From: Carpediemonas membranifera BICM
Taxonomy: Eukaryota > Protista > Fornicata
Assembly: GCA_019828565.1 (NCBI GenBank)
Contig: JAHDYR010000036.1
Coordinates: 62,001-126,000 of the forward strand
Reading direction: 5' to 3'
Length of the DNA stretch: 64,000 bases
The notes below the pieces were generated by a model. The model ran no database searches. It was not told the origin of the DNA and saw nothing but the letters and a program-made list of their open reading frames with translations. A program made the translations under genes and the position numbers. Below, one piece after another: positions 1-10,426 of the stretch; positions within the stretch are counted from its first letter, which is position 1; each line of letters starts with the position of its first letter.

Positions 1-2254
1 CTAGTTTCCTGAAATCAGGGTCCTCGGACCTCTGCGAGTGGGCTGGCAGGCTGGCGACGTCCAGGGCGATGCGGTGGAGCTCCTTGACAAGCTTTGCCTG
101 GTGCACGACGTCGTCACGGACAGCAGCGACGCCCGGGATCCCCCTGAGATACTCCTCGAGGATGACGCCGAACCTCTCTTCTGTGGCGGGGGCATGGAGT
201 TCGGCTTTGACGTGCCAGAAGAACGAGTGCCCAATTGAAAGGGTGTTCCTCAGTGATCGGCAGAGCAGGAAGCGGGCCAGCGCAGAGTCGTGGTAGGGCT
301 CGAACTTCAACGCCTGCGTCATCTGGAGCACAAAATGTACCAGCCACCGGTCGTCTAGCTCGCTGAGCCGCTCTAGAGCGAACTTGCGGACCTCTCTGTC
401 GCTGTGTTCGACGTCTAGCAGCTCCAGTGCCCTCAGAGGGTCAAGCTTCCACGTCTTGGTCATCTTTCGGGCCTCAGCGACAGCATATCTGTTGCCCCAG
501 TTGACTGAGCGAAGGAAGGCCGACAGCGCGCCATGCTCATGCCGGGCCAAGTAGTAGCGGCTACGCCACAATAGGGCGTTGTCATCACTTGAGTTGTCAT
601 GCAGTGCGGTCCGTGATAAAATCTCACGGATACGGCGGCGGTCGGCCTCTGGAAGGGGGTCTGGGCTTCTTTCGTGTGTCTTGCGCTTGAGTGGGTCGCT
701 CTTGGAGAGATCCGGGGCGGCATGGACGAACACGGGGCTCTGTCGGGCAGGGAAGAGAAGGGTTGCCACCTGCGGGGCTGGGCTCGTGCGGTTGGCGAGC
801 GTGGTAGCCATGGGCGACCCCGCTTCGCCCAGCCACAGCGGCACGTGAACGGAGCCCTCCTGGAGCACGCCCTCGACTGTGGCCACTGTGACGGTGCAGT
901 TTCCCAGGGGCAGCGGTCTCATGAGGCGTCTCCGAGCGAATGGAAGGGGGCCAGTAGCAGCCACCGGGGCAGGCTTGGAGGGGATGTCCGCGAGCGGTTG
1001 TACCCACACTGTGAAGACGAGCCTCGCGTCGGCCGGGATATGTGAGATGGGGAGCGACGGGCCAAAGAACTCGGGCCAGCCAACAGGGGCCAGCTCAATA
1101 CACGAGCCTTCCTTGCCGTAGGGGTCAGGTCTGGCAGGGGCGGGCAGTGGGACAAAGACGGGGACGGAGGAGGACGTGGCGACGGGGCAGAGGGCCTTGG
1201 AGCCGAAGACAAGCTGGACAGAGACGTGTGCCATACCCACCTGGTAGCGGCCGCACTGCTCTGCAGCTGTAACGAGCACCCGACTTGAGATGAGCTCGAC
1301 GATAGGGGCAAGGACGGCGTGGAGCTCGGGTTGGGCGGCCGGGGAGATGATGAGGGGTGCGATAGACGGCACCCGTAACCTTATTGCGTCCTCCACGGAC
1401 CTTGACACGATGGAGTTGCTCGGGCGATTGGGCATGATCGTAAAGAGCCTCGACACTTCCCGTTCGATGGCAAGCGCCTTGTTCTTGTCTGAATCCCCAA
1501 TAATAGCGTTGCTGAAGAGCCCTGACGCCTCCTCCCGCGGGATCAGTGTGAGACAGGGGTTCAAGTTGTCCCGGCGGGCCCTGGCGACGCACTCGTAAGA
1601 GCCAATGGCGTAGTTGCCGATGAGATACTCTGCATACCCCGTCTCCTTCAGTATGTAGTCGTCTGGATCAGTGGAGAGGCCGTCACGCGTCAACATATCG
1701 ACAAGCGTTGACTGGTGATCCCGGAAGAGCTGGGCGAGCGCCTCCTTGATCGTGTGGGACGGGTTGACTCGGGCTTTCTTTCTAAACCGGGCGGGGAGAC
1801 TGGGAGGCACCACGAAATCACAAAAGAATGGTGTAGTGTTGAGATCGGATTGATCGTCCAGCCAGAGCACGCGCTGGTACTTCGCCAGTCGCGTCCTCAG
1901 CGCTTCGAAAGCCCGTTTGGCTGACATAAACTCCTTGGTATCCCGTACAGCCGGCGAGATGCCCAGTAGCTGGTCGATCTCGTCCATGATGGCGGGATTC
2001 GGGTCAGAGGGGAAAACAGTGCTGCTGACGCGGCGAGGCATTCCTGGTCTTCGTTTGATTACTGGAGTTGATGGTGCGGAAAACTGGATCATTGAATCAT
2101 GGGATGCGTTGCCTTGTTGTCGTTGCAGCAGAGGATTCTGCGTAACATCGCAAATGTCGAGATCCGTTGGACTTTGCCCATTTTGAAGAACGAATGGTTC
2201 ATCCGCACCACATTCTGGACTGAAGAATGTGCAAATGGCCTTAGATCTGGCCAT
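1..2254 (-). CDS. Class I phosphoinositide 3-kinase catalytic subunit, 5' part (RBD-like, C2 and helical PIK domains); runs off window start
   Basis: Not in the ORF track because there is no stop inside the window. Manual translation of the open minus frame from ATG 2254 (alt. ATG 2092) gives FLRSVNWG...ALELLD...DREVRKFALERLSELDD...LQMTQALKFEPYHDSALARFLLCRSLRN...IGHSFFWHVKAELH...ERFGVILEEYLRG (PIK helical domain) and DDYILKETGYAEYLIG (RBD-like). Confidence 0.85.
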   Translation of the reverse strand, partial: MARSKAICTFFSPECGADEPFVLQNGQSPTDLDICDVTQNPLLQRQQGNASHDSMIQFSAPSTPVIKRRPGMPRRVSSTVFPSDPNPAIMDEIDQLLGISPAVRDTKEFMSAKRAFEALRTRLAKYQRVLWLDDQSDLNTTPFFCDFVVPPSLPARFRKKARVNPSHTIKEALAQLFRDHQSTLVDMLTRDGLSTDPDDYILKETGYAEYLIGNYAIGSYECVARARRDNLNPCLTLIPREEASGLFSNAIIGDSDKNKALAIEREVSRLFTIMPNRPSNSIVSRSVEDAIRLRVPSIAPLIISPAAQPELHAVLAPIVELISSRVLVTAAEQCGRYQVGMAHVSVQLVFGSKALCPVATSSSVPVFVPLPAPARPDPYGKEGSCIELAPVGWPEFFGPSLPISHIPADARLVFTVWVQPLADIPSKPAPVAATGPLPFARRRLMRPLPLGNCTVTVATVEGVLQEGSVHVPLWLGEAGSPMATTLANRTSPAPQVATLLFPARQSPVFVHAAPDLSKSDPLKRKTHERSPDPLPEADRRRIREILSRTALHDNSSDDNALLWRSRYYLARHEHGALSAFLRSVNWGNRYAVAEARKMTKTWKLDPLRALELLDVEHSDREVRKFALERLSELDDRWLVHFVLQMTQALKFEPYHDSALARFLLCRSLRNTLSIGHSFFWHVKAELHAPATEERFGVILEEYLRGIPGVAAVRDDVVHQAKLVKELHRIALDVASLPAHSQRSEDPDFRKL

Positions 2255-2522
2255 CCTCGGAGTGACCGCACTTGCGCAACTTAACGCAATTTCTGACCTT
2301 AAAGTGCGAAATAAACGTACGGGGCTTGCGAACCTCTTTCGACACTAATCTACCCTCATTCTCTGTAACCCTTTACAGGGCTGCGCGTTCGATTCCCTTG
2401 TGCCCGAGATGCCTCGAGTGGCAGTGTCGCTGGGTCGATGACTGCACCTCAGTTCCAGCCCCAGCCCCAGTCGCCGGAATGCTGGTCGCTTGACTCATTT
2501 ACGTTGATATGTGCGGTCATGA

Positions 2523-5500
2523 ATGTTGATGGCGCGAGGAAGCGATCAAGCAATGCTCTTGGAAGAAGAAGAAGACTCTGAATGGAGCGAAAGCGAACAT
2601 GAGAAGGTCAATTACGCAACTCCACAGCGCAGAACGCTGGATCCATTGCTTCTTACTGCCACTTTGGCCACCCCGCACACCTACTGCGAGCTTGACGTCG
2701 TTGATCCCATTTGGATGGCTCCAGAGATGGAAAGCACTTCCCAATACACCTGGCGGAAGGGTCATATTTGCCGTATCATCCTCCGCGACTTCCTTGGCGT
2801 CGAGCACGGCAACATCAGCCTTATACCCGGCGTCAACATCCTCCAGGGTCCAAACGGCCTCGGTAAGTCATCCTTTCTCAAGGCTATTGCATTTTCCTGT
2901 ATGCCAGTCACCAAGCGGGCCGTGAAACTGCCGAAAGAGCTAGCCCAGTTCGATGTGAAGCTCTTCATCCGGAAGGCCGCGGATGTGAAGCGTGCCACTG
3001 TGTCAGTCGAACTTGTGGCCAAGGACTGTGTCTCAAGCCAGCCCCCAGTGGTCACGGTGACCCGCACTGTGACAAAGCAGGGCAGGTCGACGTTCAAGCT
3101 CAACAACAGGACGATCCGTCCGGCAGACCTGGACGAGGCGCTGCTGCAGATGGATGTAGACCTTGCCTCGCCGCTGCAGTACGTGTTCCAGGAGAATGCC
3201 CAAGCCAGCGCGACCCTGACGATCCGACACCGTCTCTCACTTGTCCTGCAGGCGTTGGTAGGAGGGAGGGAGCTCTCTGACATGAAGGTCGACATCGAGC
3301 GGCAGACTGCTAACCGCGCCAAGCTCTCTCAGGACACAACAGCGCTGGAGCAGGAGTACAAGTCCAAGAGCGAGGAGCTGGCTGTGCTGCAGTCCCAGTA
3401 CAGCAGGGCCTGTGAGTTCGCCGCAATGAGCACCGAGCTGAAGGAGCTCCGCACGCTGCTGCACTGGCGTCGGTTCGAGGTGGCCCACAACGACTATCGC
3501 TCACTGACCCGAGAGAACGCCGACACCACCACGGCCCGGGACCACGCCGCAGCTGACCTGGAGGACGCCCAGCAGGCCCGTGACGAGGCTGCCATCGCTC
3601 TCCGTGACGCCCAGGCCGAGGCCCAGCGTGTCTCGGCGCTCATGGGAGAGCAGGTGCGGGCGATGCGGGGTGCTAGGGGCGAGCTACAGTCGATCGAGTC
3701 TGCCCTGCGTCGGTACGACGATGAAGTGGCGGAGGGGGTTAACCTTGGTCGGTCGACCGAGGGGCTGGAGAGCGTTGAGGCCATCGAGGAGAAGGTCATC
3801 GCGCTCGCTAAGGAGGCAAAGCGGATACAGAAGACACTGGAGGTCCAGAAGGACAAGAAACGGGAGCTGGACGAGGGTCTCGTGGCCGCCATGGAGGAGC
3901 ACCGCCAGGCCGAGGAAGAGGCCGCCGAGCTCAGGCGGAAGGCGACGCAGCTGCATCAGAGTGTGCAGAGGGCCTACGCCAGCCAGCTCATTCACGCCAG
4001 GGCCGCCTTCAACACGGCGTTCCCCGATGCCGCTGAGGCCACTATCGTCAGCATTCTCAAGGGAGACAAGCTCACGCTGGGCCCGGCAGATGATCAGCAG
4101 GTTTTTCCGCCGCTTCCCTTCGTCATGCGCCCCGACAAGGCAATGCTCGAGCGTGTATCGTTAGCACAGGGCGTCGTAGTCAGCATCCTCAAGGAGATGG
4201 TGAAGAACATGCGAAACACGGTGATCTGCAGCAGTAGCAGCGCCATGATGAAGGTTGTACAGGAAGCTGGTGATACACTCCAGATATGGTGTGCCCCAGC
4301 AAACCACAGGTCGACCGCCTCGTACACACAGCCCCACTGTCCCACGCTGAGCGAGGACGCCCGGAGCCGGGGGGTGCTGTGTTCCGTCCTTGACCTGGTC
4401 GACACGGATCCGACCGTGTTGCCCAGGATCCACAAGCACGTCATGGTTGGCCTTAAGTGGCATGCCGTCGCCATCATAGGCCCTGACGCAGACCCCCATG
4501 ACGTCTTTGGTCTACCGGCCCAAGAGATCAGCCAGTACCGACTGCCCGACGAGGACGGACCCGACGGCACTATCCTGCGGGTAACCACCGCCATCCAGGT
4601 CAACCCGGAGAGCAACTCCGTCTCGCTGCTGAGCATGAAGCGGCTGCGGACAGTGAGAGGCTCTGGTGTCTCGGCCATCCCGGTCGCCGTGAGCTCGGAG
4701 GCGAGAATCCTACCGGCCGATGGTGGGGCGAAGGATCCCAAGACACTCAGAAGAGAAGCAGGAAACCTCCAGGCCCATGCTAGAGCTGTTGACGGCAAGG
4801 TGAACGATCTCGACTACGAAGTGAAGCGGTGCCAGGGGTCTATCGCCAAGTGGGTGCGGTCTGCTGACAGAGAGCGAGACAGGGCGATGGGGAGAAGCAT
4901 GGAGCAGATGAACGAGGAAAGGAACGAGCTCACCGCCAAACTCAGGCGGATCAAGCACAGCAACCGGAGCGACCCAAAGAAACTGGCAGATCAGATCGCC
5001 GCGGCGCTGTCCCACGCCCAGGGTCTGCGGAAGGATGCCTCGAAAGCCCTGGCGAAGGTCTGTGAGGCCGCGGACCGTCTCCTGGAGCTCGAGGACGAGC
5101 ATCGCCGTTTGCCCGACCCAGTTGCGGCCAGAGACACCCTCGGCCGGGCGGAAGTGCTGCTGGAGACGGCGGGGGCGCGGTTCCGGGAGGCAGAGGAGGC
5201 ATTGGGCGGGGTGGCCATTGAGTTGGGCATGAAGGAGCGCGACTACCAGCGATTGAAGCAGACCGCCCTCGATGGCACCCGTCTGGACGTCGAACAGGGC
5301 CTGGCTCTCTGCGCCACGTCTCCACTCACAGTCGAACAGGTTCAGACGAAGATCCACAGCCTCAACACCGTCGTCCGCATGCGGCAGGATCAACTCGGAT
5401 CCGTTGACGCCGACGAGCTCGAGGAGAAAGTCAGGATGCTTGAGGCGGAGACGTCTGCCATCCAGGTGCGGCTGGCCAACATGATGAAGAGAAATGCGTC

Positions 5501-6101
5501 CATCTGTCGTGATGTGCTCAATCTAATGGTGCAGTTTAACGACAAGTTCTCGACGACGATATATGCCGCGCAGGAGGAGTTCCAGACCTCGCTGAGGGCG
5601 TGTGACTATGACGGCTCCATTGAACTAGTGGCGAACCCGACGACTGGTCTGGGGGAGTCGATCGCCAAGCTGAGCGAGGCCATCCCAGATGCTACCGACA
5701 ACGACAGCGATGAATGGGCGAAGGACCTCGTGCTACCGGACGCCACCCAGTGGGGTTTGAAGCTTAACTTCAACAATAGACAGGAGTGTAGCATGGGTAA
5801 GAGTTTGAACTCATCCATTCCTGAGAACAACAGGAGCGGAGGTGAGACGTCGCTGATCTCACTGGCATTCGTCGCGTGTCTGCGGTCGATCACGAGCTTC
5901 CCATTCCGCGTTGTTGACGAGATCAACCAGGGGATGGACGACGTCAACGAGAGGCACGCCCATGGGATCATATGCCGGTTGGGAAACAACGTCCAGTTCA
6001 TCCTTGCGACACCTAAGCTGCCCAATAGTCTCGAGTACAACGGTGGCGACGAGAAGCTTGTACAGATCATCCAGTTGGAAGACCAGGTCGGGTTTGACTG
6101 A
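2523..6101 (+). CDS. SMC5: Structural maintenance of chromosomes protein 5 (SMC5-like)
   Basis: Walker A GPNGLGKSS, long coiled coils around a hinge, signature SGGE, and SMC5-type Walker B PFRVVDEINQGMDDVNER. Confidence 0.85.
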   Translation: MLMARGSDQAMLLEEEEDSEWSESEHEKVNYATPQRRTLDPLLLTATLATPHTYCELDVVDPIWMAPEMESTSQYTWRKGHICRIILRDFLGVEHGNISLIPGVNILQGPNGLGKSSFLKAIAFSCMPVTKRAVKLPKELAQFDVKLFIRKAADVKRATVSVELVAKDCVSSQPPVVTVTRTVTKQGRSTFKLNNRTIRPADLDEALLQMDVDLASPLQYVFQENAQASATLTIRHRLSLVLQALVGGRELSDMKVDIERQTANRAKLSQDTTALEQEYKSKSEELAVLQSQYSRACEFAAMSTELKELRTLLHWRRFEVAHNDYRSLTRENADTTTARDHAAADLEDAQQARDEAAIALRDAQAEAQRVSALMGEQVRAMRGARGELQSIESALRRYDDEVAEGVNLGRSTEGLESVEAIEEKVIALAKEAKRIQKTLEVQKDKKRELDEGLVAAMEEHRQAEEEAAELRRKATQLHQSVQRAYASQLIHARAAFNTAFPDAAEATIVSILKGDKLTLGPADDQQVFPPLPFVMRPDKAMLERVSLAQGVVVSILKEMVKNMRNTVICSSSSAMMKVVQEAGDTLQIWCAPANHRSTASYTQPHCPTLSEDARSRGVLCSVLDLVDTDPTVLPRIHKHVMVGLKWHAVAIIGPDADPHDVFGLPAQEISQYRLPDEDGPDGTILRVTTAIQVNPESNSVSLLSMKRLRTVRGSGVSAIPVAVSSEARILPADGGAKDPKTLRREAGNLQAHARAVDGKVNDLDYEVKRCQGSIAKWVRSADRERDRAMGRSMEQMNEERNELTAKLRRIKHSNRSDPKKLADQIAAALSHAQGLRKDASKALAKVCEAADRLLELEDEHRRLPDPVAARDTLGRAEVLLETAGARFREAEEALGGVAIELGMKERDYQRLKQTALDGTRLDVEQGLALCATSPLTVEQVQTKIHSLNTVVRMRQDQLGSVDADELEEKVRMLEAETSAIQVRLANMMKRNASICRDVLNLMVQFNDKFSTTIYAAQEEFQTSLRACDYDGSIELVANPTTGLGESIAKLSEAIPDATDNDSDEWAKDLVLPDATQWGLKLNFNNRQECSMGKSLNSSIPENNRSGGETSLISLAFVACLRSITSFPFRVVDEINQGMDDVNERHAHGIICRLGNNVQFILATPKLPNSLEYNGGDEKLVQIIQLEDQVGFD

Positions 6102-6724
6102 GGCGGCAAGTTAATAACTCGAATATCTAAAAAGCGATTATCAGACAGGTCTTGGCAGTCGGTCTTGATGCTTAAGAGATCTGATCATGGCCACCCGGCA
6201 ACCTCTGATGGCGAAGGCTGCGTGTCAACTGAACTGGCCTCAGAAAAAACCAACCGTGTTCTCTGACATGTCATGGACCAAGTTGGCCCATGTGTTTGCT
6301 CTGGAGTCGGGTCTTGCAAGAGCAGTCATCTTGACATTTTTCTCGACTGGCGGGAGACAGTGGGTCTTGAGGGACGTGGATTGGGTGTCGAGAGGATCAA
6401 CCCAATCCGCTCACGTCGATTATAATAATAAACAGCACTATTTTAGTGATGGGGCAGTCAAAGGCCCCCTGGATTTTATGCGGCGACCTTCAAGGTACTA
6501 TGTGGCAAGCACCACTGCCATACGTCGGACACGACGACAGGGTGTCCTGATGATTGGTCCTATAAAGTGACACACGGTAAATGTTCATAAACTGCTGAGA
6601 CCAGTGGTGCCATGAATGTGACTCAACCCAGCCTGGATATGGCCACAACGACACAATACATGAATATATGCATGTAACATTGTATTTACAGCTGCCTGAT
6701 ATATGTCTGCAAGGAGAAATACCC

Positions 6725-7669
6725 TCACACCGTATCCGTTGGGTAGCCTTGGTTTGCCCGGCGAATGGCGCGCTTCTCGGGCAAGTGGCTGGTGAATAAT
6801 ACGAACAATATGTACATGACGAATATGATGGCCATGATAGCAAGCTGTCCAACAAACATGTGTGATGAAACCCCAAAGAGCAGACTCATGGAGGATTGGA
6901 AAAGCTCGGTGCCGGTGGCCTTCTGAACAACGAAGGAGAAGAGGTATAGGGCCATGACGACGCTGCGGGCGACGTATGGCGTGAATAGTGAGAAGAGGAG
7001 AACAACGTAGAGGACAGCAATACGACGCTCACGGGCGACGAAGGCCAAGGAGAAGACGAACGCCAGGCATATCAGTTGGCCAACGAAGAACACGACCTGC
7101 TCGGTGACCCTGAACATGGAGGCCCACGTGACAATGTCGGCGAACCGAGTCGAGCTGATCCAATTCAACATATCGGGCACCTCACGGCTCCCAATGTTCA
7201 CAACTCCAACAAGCGCAATAACAACCCACTCCCAGGCGAAGTGCACGAATCGAGGTACCCGTGCCCATCGTGCTGACCGGAGCCTTGTGCGTGCGTTGCC
7301 AGACCGAAGGGCGTTGACGAGCATCATCAGACGTACTCCGGTCAAAAGGCCGGACATTAGCTGGGAGTAGCTAAAGGCGGTGGCGAAGGCCATGAAGGGG
7401 AGCCAGGCGTTGATGAAGGCCGGCGTGAACCACGAGGAGTCCACCTTGGAGGCAACGAAGCGGAGAACGTCGTTGGTGGAGATAAGGAGGAGAGCGATGA
7501 GTTCTAGTACTAAGTAGATCCAGTATCGAGCGAAAACGAAGCGCATCTTCACTGCTCTTGGCATAAGAAGCCAAATGATGCAGTACACTAGAATAAGAAC
7601 GATTCCAACACAGTTAGAGCCTGCAGTGACCAGTGGATGATTCAGAAACTCAGAAACCTCGGATAACAT
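6725..7669 (-). CDS. Hypothetical multi-pass membrane protein (about 7 TM helices)
   Basis: 314-aa ATG ORF with about seven hydrophobic segments and host-like codon usage; no family recognised. Confidence 0.7.
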   Translation of the reverse strand: MLSEVSEFLNHPLVTAGSNCVGIVLILVYCIIWLLMPRAVKMRFVFARYWIYLVLELIALLLISTNDVLRFVASKVDSSWFTPAFINAWLPFMAFATAFSYSQLMSGLLTGVRLMMLVNALRSGNARTRLRSARWARVPRFVHFAWEWVVIALVGVVNIGSREVPDMLNWISSTRFADIVTWASMFRVTEQVVFFVGQLICLAFVFSLAFVARERRIAVLYVVLLFSLFTPYVARSVVMALYLFSFVVQKATGTELFQSSMSLLFGVSSHMFVGQLAIMAIIFVMYILFVLFTSHLPEKRAIRRANQGYPTDTV

Positions 7670-8110
7670 CGCAATTCAGGTTTGGAGCTCTCTTTTGGGT
7701 GTTCAGAGTTTTGCTGCAAGCATGAATGAATCATAAAGGTCAGCCGACCAGCGGCCACCGAGAAGTGGAGGCTAAGTGGCTAGTCTGTCGCGCTATGCTA
7801 TGCCGCTATTGCTGCATGGGGCGCGGTGGTCGTGCTAGATCACCTTTTTTACCTTACCTCACAGGTACGACACCCCCCTCATGGAGCCTTCGGTTTGCGC
7901 CAAAAACAATGAGCGGAAATGCTTCGGCATCCCTGCCTTCGCTGCCCTTGCCTTATTTCTGGGAGTGGTAGAGATTTCGGTCAAACTCTCGGCTGTCTCA
8001 GGGTCGCAGAGCGGCGTCGTCCGGGTGGTTTGGGCGCCTGGTATCCCCTTCGTTGCCTGATCTCAGCAACAAATTTTTTTTTGAAAAACTGCTGTAACAC
8101 CGACGACGGC

Positions 8111-9102
8111 ATGTCTGAGCTGAACGTGGACACGATCCTCGAACGGTTGCTTCGAATCCGTGGGAAACCGAATTCGTTCCCTACGATCAACGAATCGGAG
8201 CTCAGGACTCTTATTCTTCGTGCTCGCGACATTTTCATGCAACAACCGATTCTGCTTGAGCTTGAGGCCCCAATCAAGATCTGTGGCGATATTCACGGGC
8301 AATACTATGACTTGTTGCGTCTTTTTGAATATGGAGGCTTTCCGCCCGAGGCAAACTACCTGTTCCTCGGAGATTACGTCGACCGTGGCAAGCAGAGCCT
8401 CGAGTGCATCATCCTCCTACTCTGCTACAAGGTCAAATACCCAGAGAATTTCTTTATGCTGCGAGGCAACCACGAGTGTGCGTCGATCAATCGTATTTAC
8501 GGCTTTTACGAGGAGACCAAGCGCCGCTTCTCAGTCCGCACGTGGAAGACGTTCAGCGATGCGTTCAACTGCCTCCCGCTCGCGGCAATCATAGACGAGA
8601 AGATCTTCTGCACCCACGGTGGCCTGTCGCCCGATCTTCACTCGCTTGAGCAGATCAGGCGCACCATGCGCCCCACAGAGGTTCCTGACGCCGGCCTGCT
8701 CTGCGACCTTCTCTGGTCCGACCCCGAGACCGGGATCCGCGGTTGGGCCGAGAATGACCGTGGCGTGTCGTACACATTTGGCGCAGACGTCGTTCAGGAG
8801 TTCCTGGAGGCAAATGAGTTCGATCTCGTCTGCAGAGCCCATCAGGTCGTCGAGGATGGCTACGAGTTCTTCGCACGGCGGCAGCTGGTCACTATCTTCA
8901 GTGCGCCTGCTTATTGGTGTGTTTCATCTTTCCTTTCTTACTTAGTGGCGAGTTCGACAACGCTGGCGCTATGATGTCCATCGACGAGACACTCATGTGC
9001 TCGTTCCAGATCCTCAAGCCCATGGATCGGGCCCCGCAGAGGAACAGCCAGCGGCCCCCGACGCCGCCCCAGGGCAAGAAGGCGCGCAGATCTGTGATGT
9101 GA
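8111..9102 (+). CDS. PP1: Ser/Thr protein phosphatase PP1 catalytic subunit, copy 1 (2 exons; intron 8917-8945)
   Basis: GDIHGQ, GDYVDRG, RGNHE, HGG and RAHQ motifs. Removing the 29-nt GTGTGT...TTACTTAG intron restores [16 protein letters not shown] and gives 320 aa. Confidence 0.95.
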
Positions 9103-9219
9103 GCGACCGTGTACATAAACTGTAGCTATTACATTGACCGCATGTATTGCACGGCTAGCATGTAAAGGGATGGGCCAGACTGATGCTGAAACAGACAAAG
9201 TCAAGGTAAAAAGGTAAAT

Positions 9220-10173
9220 TTACTGCCCGAAGCTGATGCCCATGCCAGTGACGTACCCGTTGTCCTTGAAGCTGAGGCCCGCAGACAGACTCAGTGTCGC
9301 CCCGGGTGCGAGCTGGTGGCTGACGCTGGACATCACCTGGCCTTGACTGTTGGCCGAGGCCTTGACGACAGCCTCGGGGAAGCGGCCCTCGTACGCCACA
9401 GTCGAGACCATCTTCTTGTTCGCGATGTTCGCCTCGACTTCGACGGCCGCCGTGAAGCGTTCCGACAGCTGGCGGACGAAACCGGCAGTAACAGTCTTCA
9501 TGCTGTTGACATTGACGCTGACGACCTGGCCCAGGTCCGGCTGGGTAGCAGTCGCGGGCTTTTTGTCTTGCTTGGTGTACTTGGCGATCAGCTCGCTGGC
9601 AGGCTTCGCGGGGAAGGAAACACGGCCACCCGCGCTTCCGATCGTCATCTTCCGGGCCACAACATGCAGGACCTCTCCACCGATGGCGATGTTGTCAGTA
9701 ATCGCCTGCGTCATTCCGGCGCCAAAGAATGGCGTGCTGTGGGCCTTCACGGCGACAGTCGTCGTTGGGCCGTATGCCTCCGCCTCCACGCCGTACTGGA
9801 ACGCCCCCTGGGAGGGCATGGCTTGCGCTGTGGCGGAGACCGCGCCGAAGGAACCGACGACGTATCTGGTCTGCATGCTGACATTTCCGCTGGGGTCCAC
9901 GCCGCCCATGAGAGAGAAGTTGTTCTTGGCATACATCGGCTTGAACATGTAGGACGGAGGCGCCTGGCGCTGTCCGAAGCCAATGGAGTGCCCTACTTGA
10001 AAATGAGGCGAAAGAAGCTTGCTAATGTTGCACGAGAAACCATCGCTGACAGGAACATCTATAATGGCACGGAGATCGTGTGTAAGCTCCTCATACTTGC
10101 CAGCGCGCTTCGTAGGCTTGGAAAACTTCATCGTTGTGGGACCTAAATATGCGGCGCGGTCAATGTTTGTCAA
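9220..10173 (-). CDS. TOM40: Tom40-like outer-membrane beta-barrel (eukaryotic porin family)
   Basis: N-terminal GKYEELTHD...DGFSCNISKLLSPHFQVGHSI resembles Tom40; alternating beta-strand pattern; C-terminal beta-signal-like TGMGISFG. Confidence 0.75.
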   Translation of the reverse strand: MTNIDRAAYLGPTTMKFSKPTKRAGKYEELTHDLRAIIDVPVSDGFSCNISKLLSPHFQVGHSIGFGQRQAPPSYMFKPMYAKNNFSLMGGVDPSGNVSMQTRYVVGSFGAVSATAQAMPSQGAFQYGVEAEAYGPTTTVAVKAHSTPFFGAGMTQAITDNIAIGGEVLHVVARKMTIGSAGGRVSFPAKPASELIAKYTKQDKKPATATQPDLGQVVSVNVNSMKTVTAGFVRQLSERFTAAVEVEANIANKKMVSTVAYEGRFPEAVVKASANSQGQVMSSVSHQLAPGATLSLSAGLSFKDNGYVTGMGISFGQ

Positions 10174-10426
10174 AATGCTTCATGAAGCGCTGCACACACG
10201 CGACGGTCAGTTCATAGTCCTTTACCACTCACTTATTGGCTGGGCTGGGTCTTTCTTTGAATTCGGCCCAGCAGACACTTCGACTCGGAAATTGAGCCAC
10301 AATGTTGATGGTTAGTAACTATAGCACCAAATAACGTTACCGGACTACCAAGAAGGGTGTTGATATCACGTAACTACCTCTCGTTTTTCTCGCACTTTTT
10401 CTCCCTGCAACAAACTGCCACCATCC

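Noticed and set aside
6187-6570. 127-aa plus ORF after SMC5
   Set aside because: No motif and atypical codon usage; treated as intergenic.
7919-8110. N-terminal extension of PP1 copy 1
   Set aside because: Identity with copy 2 begins exactly at ATG 8111, and the upstream sequence has a T-run typical of a promoter/UTR.
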